Assembly: GCF_048593235.1 (NCBI RefSeq)
Contig: NC_133622.1
Span: forward strand, 244,222,055-244,286,054
Length of the DNA stretch: 64,000 nucleotides
Direction: 5' to 3'
Source: Sminthopsis crassicaudata
Taxonomy: Eukaryota
A model generated the notes under the pieces. It was given only the letters and a program-made list of their open reading frames with translations, did no database searches and was not told the origin of the DNA. Made by a program: the position numbers and the translations under genes. This document shows positions 1 through 12,700 of this stretch, one piece after another; position 1 is the stretch's first letter, and the number at the start of each line of letters is the position of its first letter.

Positions 1-974
1 AGAAAAGATGAGGGTTTGCTGGAGGGAGGGACTGAGAACTGATTTAATTTAATAGTCCTTATGTCCTAGATGGAGGTAGAGCTGGGGTACAGATCCTTAA
101 TCTTTCAAAAACTATAGAAAGCTTAACATCTCTCCTACCTTTCCATGCAATAGAATGGATAACCGTAACTGTCAGAATGAACACAGGAATAGCCAGTTCT
201 GTTATCTGCCTTTTAAAAACATCATATTAGTGGCTAGCACCATCTGGTGCTAATGTGGTTAAATTGCACCACCCCCCATAACTACAAAAAATGAGCCACT
301 GAGCTGAAACTGTTTTCTTCTCAAGATTGGTTTGAAGAGCCTTAATTGTCTCGGTGAGGACAGAATGGTTGGAAGGAAAGAGATAGAATTCAGGATTTTC
401 AGGAATAGCACAAAATGGGCTACTCTGGCTGGATAATCCTGGAAAGAGAAGGAGCTTAAAAATGTTCCCCCCAATTTCCTCAGAATAAGTAAATACTCAT
501 ATTTAGATAGAAAACTATCTCAGAATGTCAGAGCTGGAGGAGTTCATCTGTGCCAGAATCCTTTCCACGTCCCTGATAAGAGATATGAGAGATTGTTAGA
601 AGTTAGAGAGTTGCTAGAAGAACTCCAGTGAAGGAGGATCCTAAAAGAGTCAGTTGGACTTTTGAGTAGCTCTTATTACTGGGAAGTTGCTTTCAATCAT
701 GTTTAATCCAAAGATTCCATGGGTATAGTATTAAACTTGAGTTTTTCATTTATAGCTTTTGACACACAATCATTCTAGAATTTTTAGAAGTAACTACATA
801 GCTACATTTAAAAGTCATATGAGAATTGCTTTTATACACTGGCTGCTTTTATATACTTTAATTTTATTCATAAGACTAGTGTATTTGGAATTGAGAAATA
901 CTAAAACAATTTTTGAAATTTGTCATCTTTAATTCCAACTTTTGCTTTAATATAGTTGCTTTATTTCTCTAGCG

Positions 975-1190
975 TTTGAAACAGGAATATCTGAATTCAA
1001 ATCTAGCTTGGATACTTTCAAGTTGTGCAACCTGGGCAACTCACTTAACTTTTGCTTGTTTTAATTTCCACAAGGATAAAATGGGGATAATAATACCAAG
1101 ATCATTATTGGGGATTACATGAGACAATATCTATGAAGTATTTAGCATAGTGCATGACACATGTGAGGTATTTAATAAATGCTTATTGCT
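975..1190 (+). mobile_element. Old MIR/CORE-SINE
   Basis: Degenerate core (ctgggcaactcacttaac...aaaatggggataataata...atgagacaat) and 3' tail (gcatagtgcatgacac...taataaatgct). Boundaries approximate. Confidence 0.5.
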
Positions 1191-1490
1191 TTCCTTCCAT
1201 CCCATTTGTCAAATAGGGATAATGGCTTTCCTACATACTCCAGGTAGAGGTTTGGTTGATAATATAGCATAGAAACTGAGGCACAGAGAGGAGAAACTTA
1301 GTTTTCCCAATCAGATATTTACTAAGTGGCAAAGCCATCATAAAATCAAGTATTTTGACTTCAAATCCATTGCTTTATTGTTTCAACCACTTCCCTTGAT
1401 AAGTGTGGAAACTGAAATTTAAGGCTAAGTGTATAGTTATTATATGCCTGTGGCTTCCCTTGTCCCCAGTGTCAAGATCTGTAAACTTGA

Positions 1491-2570
1491 TTTCTTCTTT
1501 TTAAAAAGATACTTTATTTCTTCCCAATTACATTAAAACAATGTTTTAGCAGTTTGAAACATTTTCAAGTACCAGAAACATTTTCAAGTACCAGATTTCG
1601 TCTCCCCATCCTTCCTGGTCTTTTCCACTTCCTAAGAAAATTGGATATAATTATGTACACTTACAATTATGTAAAACATTTCTGTTGTAGTCATTATGTA
1701 CAAGAAGATTCAAATTCTTGTTTAATTTGAATTAAACAATTTAATTTAAAAATTTAATCAAAATTTTATTTGATTTTTAAAATTATTTTTTATTTTTAAA
1801 TTTGATTTTTATTTATTAAAATTCAATCAAATTTAAAAAAATGAAAGAAAGAAAATGAAAATAGTATTCTTCAGTCTTTGTTGAAATGATATAAGTTTTT
1901 TTTCTGGAGATAGCGTGTTTCCTCATAAATTCTTTGGTATTTTCTTGCATTGCCGAGAATAGCTAAATTATTCATAGTTCTTTATCAAACAATATTGCTA
2001 TTACTGGGTACAATGATATATCTTTGTTCACTTCTCTTTGCATATAAGTCTTTCCAGGATTTTCTGAAATCATCTTGCTTGGTCATTTCTTATAGTACAA
2101 TATTCCATGACAATCATACACTGCAACTTGTTTAGCTCTTCTCCAATTGTTAGACACCCCTTACATTTTCAATTCTTTGCCACAACAAAAAAGAGTTGCT
2201 ACAAATATTTTTGAACATATAAGTCCTTTTCCTTTTCCTTATTTTTTATATCTTTGGGATATATATCTAGCAATGTTTTTTTCGAATCAAAGGGTATGCA
2301 TGGTGTTATAGCCTTTTGGGCAGACTTCCAGATTGCTCTCTAAAATAGCTGGATCAATTCACAACTCCACCAACATTGCATTGGTATACCAGTTTTCCTG
2401 TATCCCCTCCAATATGCATCATTTTCCTTTTTTGGTCATATCCAATAGAGGTGAGGTGGTATTTCAGAATTGTTTTAATGTGCATTTCTTTAGTCAGTTG
2501 TGATTTAAAAGCATTTTTCATATGATTATACAAATTTTTTCCATCTGAAAACTGCTGTTCCAATCTTGTG
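1491..2570 (-). mobile_element. Old L1 3' fragment (ORF2 C-terminus plus 3'UTR)
   Basis: ORF 2354-2563(-) reads HMKNAFKSQLTKEMHIKTILKYHLTS, resembling L1 ORF2p HMKKCSxSLxIREMQIKTTLRYHLTP. Contains a 19-bp tandem duplication gaaacattttcaagtacca (1556-1574/1575-1593). Confidence 0.75.
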
Positions 2571-5500
2571 ACTTAAAGTTAAAAAACCTTTTCTTAAGGA
2601 GATCCTGTGAGGCAGGTTGTACATAAGTTCCTATACCCTTTTAATATTGGAGGAAACTGTGATATAAAATTTAAGTGAGCTATCTGATATTCTGAATATA
2701 ATAAATGATAAAGAAAGAACTATAATTCAGGTCTTAGATAGAACATTAGATTCTCAGTCAGGAAGACTTAGATTTGAATCCTGCCTGTGACATTTATTAA
2801 CTCTAGGACTGGGAAAATTACTTAGCTTCTCTAATCTTCAGTTTTTCTCATTTATAAAATGAAGGGATGAAACATCATGATTTTATTAACACCCTCCAAT
2901 TCTGATCTTATCATCCTCTGACTAAATTGGGTGCTCTTTCTACTAATTCATTCTTTCTTCCCAAGAAAGCATTCTGAATTAAATATATAAATGAAAAAAA
3001 AAAGACTTCTTTTAAAGGAAAGCCTTAAAGTTGGTTTCTTCAGGGCCCAATGTTGATCTTACCTCTAAATAAATAAAGAATCATAACCTGAACTGAGGGA
3101 TTCTAGTTTATCAGTATCTATACACTTCTTTCCAGACAGAAGACAAATGATGACTTTTGATGAAATTATTTCTAAGGCCTTAGAAAACAATTTTACTGGA
3201 AATCTGCAAGGATGGATTTCAAATAAAAAGAATTATAATGCACAAAAAGAAGCACATTGATACAGTAGATTATTAACTCTAGAATTAGTGTTGAGGCATT
3301 ATTTTAAAATTGTTTGGAAGAGAATTTGGGTGACCTTAGGCCTTTAATCCACCACCTTGGCTCTATCCCCAACAATGCAAAGAGCATTGAATGCAGTGTC
3401 AGAAGATTTGGGTTAAAATATGGATTCTGCTACATAGTATTGGTTTGACCTTGGATAAAAACAAAACAAAACAAAACTAGCCTCTTTGTGGCTCAGCTTC
3501 TTCATCTATAAAATAAAGGAGCTGCCTTAGGTGACCTCTAATATTGATCGTGCCAGTTCTGTGATTATGGTACATTAGAATAATATGGAACATTAGAAAG
3601 AATGGTAGACTTGAAATGGAAAGAAATAGTTTTGAATACCAGTACTGTCGCTTAGTACTTGTGTGAGCATAGACAAGTGACTTTACATTTCTGATCTTCA
3701 GTTTCCACAACTTCTAATGTAGAGGGCCAGTATTGAATAAGTCCATGAATAGCAAAAGTCTGGTCCAATATTACTTGAGATCTTTCTTTTAGGGTGAGTG
3801 ATTCAGTCTATTGACTCACGATCTCCCTAACAATGAATTATAAAGACATAGTTCATAAATTTAGGATAATCTTGATGGAGAATGCAAGTGATAGAACAAG
3901 GTATATTAACTATACTATTTACCTCTTAACATTAAATTAAAGACTTATTTGAGGTAAACATATTCGTGTGATAATTTCTGCTATTTACTACTCTGTTTTG
4001 ACAAGTTCTTTTGTATTGATAAATGTCACAATTATTTATAGTTGCATTGGTATTAATGAGAATCACAACTATGCTATTTATAATTCTGTGTTGATAATAC
4101 CTTGGTATTGATAGTTAAAGTGGATACTGAAGTGCCAAAATATGGTTTGTGCATTAACTTTGGAAAATATATGATGTGCCCTGAAGGTAGCTAGTAATAA
4201 TATAACACTAGCCAAAAAGGTCTATAAACCCTAGATTAATAAATGGAGATTGTAAAGCATATCTTCTGCTGGCCTGGGATATTCATTCACTCTAAATATT
4301 CACTGGAGCTGGACTCCAACACTTTTAAGATGAAGGACTTACACTTAGTGGCCTCTATGGTTCCTCCAAGTTTTAAACATGATTTTTCAATTCAGTGCTT
4401 TTGAAACTATTAGTAGAGCAATAAGTCCGATTCTGGACTCTTTCTCCAAATATGGTACATCTACAAAGTCTAGATAGGTTAAATAAGTTGGGAACAAGAG
4501 GAAATGAAATGGAGTATGAGAAAATTGGCTGGATATGAAGAATGGCACTTTGCCAATATACATTTTTAAATATGCTATTAGAGAAGGATGGTCTGTAGAA
4601 TTGCCTTCTAAGCTCTTCATGCCTTCAGTGAGCACTTACTGAGATAGAATGTTTTAATGGAAAAAAAAACCTGAATGATTGTAGGCAAAGTATTCTAAGC
4701 CGGTTTTCTTGTCTATGAAATAGAGGTAACATGTTTCTTTCAGGGGAGATGTGTCTTAGCCTCCATGTTCAGGTGCCATTCATCTAGGGTGTGCTGTCCT
4801 GACAGTTGGTACATTCACTTCTGCAACCTTCTATGTAATAGAGCATTGAAAACTTTCTCTTTCACAGGATGCTTGGAGCACCTCACAGTAGTAGCAGCAG
4901 GAATATGCTGCCACCAGTTCCCCTGGGCCTCATGATTTCCCAAGATATAGATTCTTCCCATTGTGGAGAGAGGGGGAAATAATGAATTCCTTGATGAGTT
5001 GTGCCTTGAATCTGAGTTTCTCCTACATATTGGGAATGTCATATTTTTTTTCTGGGATTTAGTAACAAAGCTCTGGGCTTCAAGCCATTACCAAGGCCAT
5101 TAAAATACCCATTTGGTCTACACAACTAGACAGGTTGTCAATGCCACTCTGACTTTTACTTGGACCATGGAGATCTCTTTGATTCAGAGAAGAAAAAGTC
5201 AATCCAATACTGAATAATTCAGCCAAAGTTATTGGTGAACTGAAACGTCAGCAGAAATAATATATATCGAAAATTATAGTCAGTTCTGGCCAAATCAGCA
5301 GGTAAACTTGTGGGAAACCTCTTCAGAATCTGGATTTCAGTAATTAAATGGAAAAGGGAGAGTGAATAATTACATCTCTTGTGACCTCTAATTCTCCATG
5401 GCATTGATCTCCTTGAACCATCTTATTATTGAGAAGATCTGAGAAAATATATGTGGTGTCTTACAAAGGGAGCCTTCCATTTTACAGAAGCTTGAGAAAA

Positions 5501-6098
5501 GGCTATTTCCCAACACAGGTACTTTATATATTTCATTGATTCCAGAACATTCATAAAATATGGGGGGAGGTCAATAACTGAGGAGACTTTGTATCTTTTA
5601 TAGACATTATTTATGGGTAATGTGAACAGGAGGACACACTTGTAAACATGTGTCTGATTATTAGAGTGCAAGTTCATTTTGAGTAGAGACTATTTCCCTA
5701 GTATCTAGCTCAGTGTCTGGCATATAAAAGGCACTCAATAAATACTAATTGCTTGATTGATCATATGTAGCTAGAATATCTGCAATAGGAAGTAGCAATA
5801 GATTTCTAAGGAAATATTTTAAATATTCTAGTACAACATAGGTTTATAATTTCATTAATCTGGGTTATACCCCATAGATAAAATTCACACTTGCTTTCCA
5901 CCATTACAGATAATTTTGGGGTTGAAATGGGCCTCAAATGTCATCTTATCCAATTCTTATCTAAATAGGCTTCTCCTTTTACATGGTCTTCCATCATTTG
6001 AGTTAGAGACAACCAGTGATAAGACTCTCAGTATTTCTCAAGATAGTGCAAGAGGATCATCATTTTTGGCACCTTTTTCTTAAAAGAAATTGAAATCT

Positions 6099-6241
6099 GG
6101 GGCAGCTAGGTGGTACAGTGGATAGAGCACCATCCCTGAATTCAGGAGGACCTGAGTTCAAATCTGGTCTCGGACACTTAATACTTCCTGGCTGTGCGAC
6201 CCTGGGCAAGTCATTTAACCCCAATTGACTTAGCAAAAAAA
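6099..6241 (+). mobile_element. WSINE1-like CORE-SINE
   Basis: ggggcagctaggtggtacagtggatagagc...gagttcaaatc...ctgggcaagtcatttaacccc plus A-tail. TSD aaatct (6093-6098/6242-6247). The empty site is visible in the paralog at 12910-12915. Confidence 0.9.
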
Positions 6242-7021
6242 AATCTTACTCTCTTTTATTTCTTTGCGTTGCTCTTAGAATTGTCTTCTCAAAGAAAATA
6301 GATCTACTTTCTATCCAAATTCATGTTCCTTTCGACCATACTATCAAACAAATGACCAACTCTTTTAACATTCTCCGTATTTTGCTTTTCAATTCCTTTT
6401 TGAACTTGAATATCTCTCTTTGGACACAGTTTTTTGGTCTATCTTAGCTCTTTAGATTTTTGAGAACTAAATATAAACTGTTTGGTGGCTAAAGCAGGAG
6501 ACCTGCAATCAGGGAGATCAGAGTTCAAACCCAGAATCAGACAAGAACTATTTTACCGGACAGTCACTTACTTTTTGCCTCAGAATACTCATCTATAAAA
6601 TGAAGACAACAAAGCACTTATCTTTTAGGGTTGTTGAGAGAATCAAGTGAGATAATTGTAAATTACTCAGTACAGTGTCTGGCACATAATAAGTATGCCA
6701 AATATGTTAGATATTATTATTATTATTAGTAGTAGTAGTACAATCTCATCTTCTGATTTGGGCTTGCTCATTTCCTGATTAAGAACCCTTCTCTTTTACT
6801 CTTACCCATAATTACTTTTGCTTTCCACACCTAATGTCAAAGTTTTGGCTAATCAGAGATACTCATCCATCTTGCTTGGATAAGATGAGATAATTACTTT
6901 TCCTTAAACTGCCCTGTAAGACTTCACTGAGTTTCCTTCAGAGTGTGATAGATTGTCATGGTATGCCAGATCCGGGGATTTTAATACCATTTTTCTCCCT
7001 CTAAGGCAATAAGTGGAGTAA

Positions 7022-7122
7022 ATGGCTGAGCAGAATCACAGCACTGTGACAGAGTTCATTCTCATTGGCTTCTCTGATCGTCCGAACCTGGGAGTTCTTC
7101 TCTTCCTGGTGTTCCTCAGTTT
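7022..7122 (+). pseudogene. Truncated olfactory receptor (OR9I-like) 5' fragment, [33 protein letters not shown]
   Basis: ATG at 7022 after a pyrimidine tract/AG acceptor (7004-7005). 101 bp identical to 13569-13669, then replaced by an L1 T-rich tail. The OR does not resume. Confidence 0.9.
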
Positions 7123-7907
7123 TTTTAATTTAATTTTATTTTATAATTATAACATTTTTTGACAGTACATATGCATGGGTAATTTTTTACAACATTATCC
7201 CTTGCACTTACTTCTATTCAGATTTTTTCCCTTCCTCCCCCAACCCCCTCCCCCAGATGGCAAGCAGTCTTATATATGTTAAATATATTACAGTATAATT
7301 TAGATACAATATATGTGTGTAGAACCGAATTTTTTGTTGCACAGGAAGAATTGGATTCAGAAGGTAAAAATAACAGTTTACACTCATTTCCCAGTGTTCC
7401 TTTTCTGGATGTAGCTGGTTCTGTCCATCATTAATCAATTGGAATTGGATTAGTTCTTCTCTATGTTGAAGAAATCCACTTCCATCAGCATACATCCTCG
7501 TACAGTATCATTGTTGAAGTGTATAATGATCTTCTGGTTCTGCTCGTTTCACTCAGCATCAGTTGATGTAAGTCTCTCCAAGCCTCTCTGTATTTCTCCT
7601 GTTGGTCATTTCTTACAGAACAATGATATTCCATAACATTCATATACCATAGTTTACCCAACCATTCTCCAATTGATGGACATCCATTCATCTTCCAGCT
7701 TCTAGCCACTATGAAAAGGGCTGCCACAAACATTTTGGCACATACAGGTCCCTTTCCCTTCTTTAGTATTTCCTTGGGATATAGGCCCAGTAGTAGTATG
7801 GCTGGGTCAAAGGGTATGCACATTTTGATAACTTTTTGGGCATAATTCCAGATTGCTCTCCAGAATGGCTGGATTCTTTCACAACTCCACCAACAATGCA
7901 TCAGTGT
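7123..7907 (-). mobile_element. Young 5'-truncated marsupial L1
   Basis: ORF 7485-7901(-) HCWWSCERIQPFWRAIWNYAQKVIKMCIPFDPAILLLGLYPKEI is the L1 ORF2p C-terminus. G-rich 3'UTR and A-tail on the minus strand. Same family as 55002-55817. Confidence 0.95.
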
Positions 7908-8454
7908 GGGAGCAGGTTTCTTGAGGAGCTTCTGGAGGCAGCCTTAGTTTCAGTTCAGTTTAATAATCCCAAATGCAGCCAGAAGTTAAAAGACCAGATC
8001 CTTTATTGTGTCCTTCAAAGTGCTGAACCTTTTCTGGGCCTGATTAGCTTTAATAGAGGCCTATCTCTCTCCTTGGTTCCAAGAGCTCCCTCCAAATCTC
8101 TCCAGCCAGCTTCAGCCTCTCGTCTTCCCAATGTCTCCAGCTAGCACAAAGTTGGATGAATCTTGACTCTGAATCTCCCGAAGTCCTCCTTGACTCTGAG
8201 AGCTTCCTGCTTATATGCTGCCCACTGAGTACACACCAATTATTTCATCACTAGGAAACCATTATTTGTTGTAGGATTAAATCAATGCTAAATTAGATTT
8301 AACCATTGTCTCCTCAATTCCACTCAGTACCTTGTTTCAAGTTCTGGCCCATAATATCTCCTTGTAGGATCAAATCAATCATACTGAATCACGATAAATT
8401 AGATAATTATTCTCTATCCATTCCAGTGACTTAGCACCTTGTAAGAATCCTAAC
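7905..8454 (-). mobile_element. Solo ERV LTR
   Basis: Reverse complement matches 61985-62624 (gttaggattcttacaagg...gggccagaacttgaaacaagg...caataaagg...gaaacctgctc). Poly(A) signal tttatt near 7982-8010 on the plus strand. Confidence 0.8.
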
Positions 8455-9339
8455 CATACAGCAAGTATCTGAGACCAGATTTGAACTCTCATCTGCTTGA
8501 TTCCAGACTCAACACTTTATTCACTTCACCACTTACCAGCTATCTCTGTGATTAGTGATTCTACTCTGACTCCTGGGATTGAATAGAATAAATACCCCTG
8601 TACCATTTCTAGTAATATTATTCTGGATCATCTGGCAGAATATTTTGCCATTTGGAAACGCCAACTTTCCTTTGCCGGGTTGTGAGGATCAAATGAGGTC
8701 ATATTTGTAAAGTACCTAGTACAGTGACTGGGACTTAGTTGGTGCTTCATAAATATATATTCTCTTCTCTTCCCTGCTCTAGAAATTTCAGGGTGAATAG
8801 GGAAGGAGATAACTCTTTCCTCTTTGGCAGCAAGAAATGACTGGCATAGAATTCCAGTTTGTCGGAATCAGGAAAGTCTCTGACTTCAAAGAGCATGTAT
8901 TCTGGGGAAAGAAACAATGCAAATAAAAGAACAAAGTATTGTGAAGGCAGCTTTTGTCAGGGACAATACAAGCAGTATGACTGGTCTCATTGATTGTCTT
9001 TTTTTTAGTAACTGTGGAAATTTATTGATTTATTTACTGTTCCTGAATAAAAGATGGAGATGATTGGGTGGGAATAAGGTTAATGCTTTTTTTATGTGGG
9101 GAATCCATTAACTTAATCCAGATTAAGATTCTGGAGTAAATAGTTGTTTGGGATATAAAACAGGCTGTCCTGGGCCAGATTAGTTGATTTTGTGTTCACG
9201 CATTATTCATGATGGTTAGCCTCTACTCTGGGTAGAGTTCAAAGCTGACTGGGGGATCGGTGGAGAAGAATGAATTTGTTTCTGGAAGTACTATTAGAAT
9301 CTATCTAGAATGGATGAAAAATAAAACAGACTCTTACTT

Positions 9340-9503
9340 TCAATAGTCTTTAAATGAAATTTAGCATTTCCTTTACTTATGAATGTAGGAAACAAATAAT
9401 CCTCGAAGGGGTCCAAAGGTAGTTCCCAACATCTCAAAAGGCCAATGGCACCAAAAATAAATAAATAAATAAATGAATAAAATAAAAAAATTAAGAACCC
9501 CTG
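9340..9503 (+). mobile_element. hAT-Charlie-type MITE, 3' part
   Basis: aaggggtccaaagg...ttaagaacccctg terminus followed by gtctagat (NTCTAGAN Charlie target motif). 5' TIR not identified. Confidence 0.45.
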
Positions 9504-9764
9504 GTCTAGATGTTGTTGTTGCAAGTGGAGAAACAACAAGATTCTTAGTAATGGAGAGTTATACAGAATATAAAACACAATCTGGCACAGGTTGGATACA
9601 ATAGGTTGAATAGGGTATTGTATGGGAAAAACAGTCAAGTTACTGGTCATAAACAAGTAGGAGATTATAGACATCAGAGAAGCAAAAGTGAGGAGAGAGA
9701 ATGAGCAGAAAAGATGAAAAAGAAAAAGGCCAGTTGAAGTGACACATGGAACATGAATCTCTGC

Positions 9765-12700
9765 CTCTCCTCCACCATCTTGGCTCTGCCCCCAACAATG
9801 TAAAGTGTGTTGAGTTTAGTGACAGAAGACTTGGATTCAGATCTGGGCTTTATACTTACTATCTATTTGACTTGGATAAATAATTTAATCTTTCTGAGGC
9901 TATTTCCTCATATATAAAATAAGAGTTTGCTTTAGATGATCTTTAATGATCAATCCTGCCATCTCTTAATCTATAATTGATAGACATTGTGGTATATTAG
10001 AAAGAATAGGGACTTGGAGTTGGAAAACATAGTTTTGAATCTCATTTCTGACCCTTACCATTTGTGTGAGCATAGACAAATAATCTTAGCTCTCTGCTTA
10101 TCCATTTGTTCAACTTTTATGATGAGGGGATTAGGTCCAGTGACTTTTAGGGTTCCTTTCAGTTTTAAATTTATGATTCTCCAATTCAGCACTTCTCAGA
10201 CCATTACTAGAGCAAAAATCCAATTTGGCTCTTGACCTGAAGATGTTAAATTTGGAAAGCCTGTATAGATTAAGTAAGTTTGGGACAAGAGAAAATGAAT
10301 TACAACATGAGAGAATTGGCTGGAAATGAAAAATGGTACCTTGTTAACATGGGCTTTTAAATATGCTACTAGGGAAAGATGGTTGTAGGATTGACTTCTG
10401 GAGTCTTTATACCTTCAGCCAGCATTTGCTGTTTTTAGAATAGTGAATATTGTAAGAAAATTATTCTGAGCTTGTTTTCTTATCTGTGAAAAGGGAGCTG
10501 ATACATTTCTTGCAGAAGAGATATGCAGGAGATATGTGGCTTAGCTTTCCTGCTTAGGTGCCATTCAATCCGGACTTGCAGTCCTGATTGTGCTGATGCA
10601 ATTAGTGATGCAATCTCTTATCTAGTAGGGCATTAAAAGCTGGGAAGCTCTTTTAGGGGTTTCAGAGTATCTCACAGTACTAATAGCAGGAATATGCTGC
10701 CAGCAGCTCCCATGGGCCTCATGATTTCCCAAGATGTAGATTTCTTCCTCTGTTGTGGAAAGGAGGAGATAATGAATTCCTTCATGAATTGTGCCTTAAA
10801 TGTGAAGTCCTGCTGCCTTTCTCCTTAGGATCTGGAGTCTGTCTGTCATATTTCTCTGGGATTTACTAACAAAATTTTGTGCTTCAAATTGCTTCCAACA
10901 GTTAGCATGAAAAATATTTAAAAGATCCATTTGGTCTATACAGCAAGACAAGCTGTCGCCATTGTGATTTTTACCTGGACCATGGTGGGTTTCATGTATA
11001 CACACACTTATTTGATTCAGAGAGGAAAACATCAATCCAATTAATTATTCAACTGACCAATCCAGTCAAAATTGTTGAGTCACCCCACTTAAACATCAGC
11101 TGAAATCATATCAGCCTGTAAACTTATGGAAACCTCTTCAGAATCTGGATTTCAGTCATTAAATGGAAAAAGAAGAAGGGATAATTACATCTCTTGTGAC
11201 TTTTAATTCTCCATGGCATTGATCTCCTTGAACCATTGTGTTATTGAGAAGATCTGAGAAAATATATGTGGTGTCCTATAAAGGGTGCCTTCCATTTTAC
11301 AGGAGCTTGAAAAAAAGGCTGTTTCCAAACACAGGTATTTTATATTCTTCCTTGATTCCAGAGGGCTCAGAAAATATGGGGGAGAGTCAATAACTGAGGA
11401 GGCTTTGTATTTTTTATAGACATTATTTAAGGATAATGTGAACATGAGGGCACATTTGCAAACATGTGTCTGATCATTAGAATGCAAGTTCATTGTGAAT
11501 AGAAACTGTTTCCCCAGCATCTAGCACAGTGTCTGGCATATATTAGGCATTTAATAAATACTAATTGCTTAATTAATCACATGTAGTTAGAGTTTATACA
11601 ATAAGAAGTAGCAACATATTTCTAAGGAAATTATTTTAAATATAAGATATTTTTTATGACTTATTATGACTGAAGAAACTCCTCATCTATTGGCTGGCCT
11701 TCTGATGATGAATCTCTCTCTACTTGTTTAGGTTGGTCCTTAGAAAACAGTCTATTGCCAGGCTACAATGTAAACTTCTGATTGCTTGGTAGAATGTATT
11801 AAGAACCTATACTTTCCCAAAAAACACAATTGCCACCATGCCATGGCAAGTGATTAGAATATTTCAAAAATATTAATAAATTTCCCACAGTTAACTGACT
11901 TTCCTGTTACTACAATAATTTAAAAATTATTTTCCAATTTTTTTACCTTAATTAAACCAGTCAGTACTTAATTAGAAGTGGAGAAGGGAAGGCTAATGTT
12001 ATCATTGAGCCCAATTTGCTGAGAGGTAAATTGAAACTAAATTTAATGCTTTGCCTAAGTTCACATCAAATCAGAGAAGGGAGGAATACTACTTGTTGAT
12101 TTGGGTTGTGGATGTTACATCATAGAATGCATTGTAGACAGTGATGAGGACTGGAACAAAGCAGTAGATTTGGAGTTGGAGGGGATAAAATAGAGTTTGG
12201 AACTGTCCCACAGAATGCATGAACATCTGCCCAATGATTTGAAGAAATAACTCAGTTTAGTGTGTGTGTATGTGTGTGTATGTGTGTGTGTGTGTGTGTT
12301 TGATCAAGGATGGTCAATGATAACAAAAATTAGTTATTCCTCATTGTTGCTGGAAAGTTGGGAAAATTACAATGCTTGTCATGGAGGTCATTTTAATTAA
12401 CTTCAAGGCAGGAAGTGTAGAGAAAGAAGAATGCCATTCAAATGGGAGAAGAATCAGATAAAAGGGGAAGACTTTGAAGGTAGAACAAAGTGCTACATTC
12501 AACAGTAAGTTAGTTAATAAATATTTATTGAGTACCTACCATGTGCCAGGAGCTGGCTAAGAGGTGGAGAAAACAAAGAAAGGGAAAAAAATCATTGTTC
12601 TAAAGGGGCTCACCTCCTAAATAAGCAGCTAGAATAATGAAGTAAATTAGTCTTCCATTGGATGTCTGTCAAACTAGGAAGTCCTCAGTATCTGTCTCCT

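Larger units (their letters stand above)
3340..7122 (+). repeat. Tandem segmental duplication, copy A (OR9I-like unit: upstream region plus OR 5' end)
   Basis: Colinear similarity to 9765-13669, e.g. ccaccaccttggctctatccccaacaatg vs ccaccatcttggctctgcccccaacaatg. Shared blocks at 4480-5900/10260-11640 and 6900-7122/13445-13669. Confidence 0.85.

Noticed and set aside
6099-6180. tRNA-like A/B boxes
   Set aside because: These are SINE heads followed by a CORE domain, A-tail and TSD, not tRNA genes.
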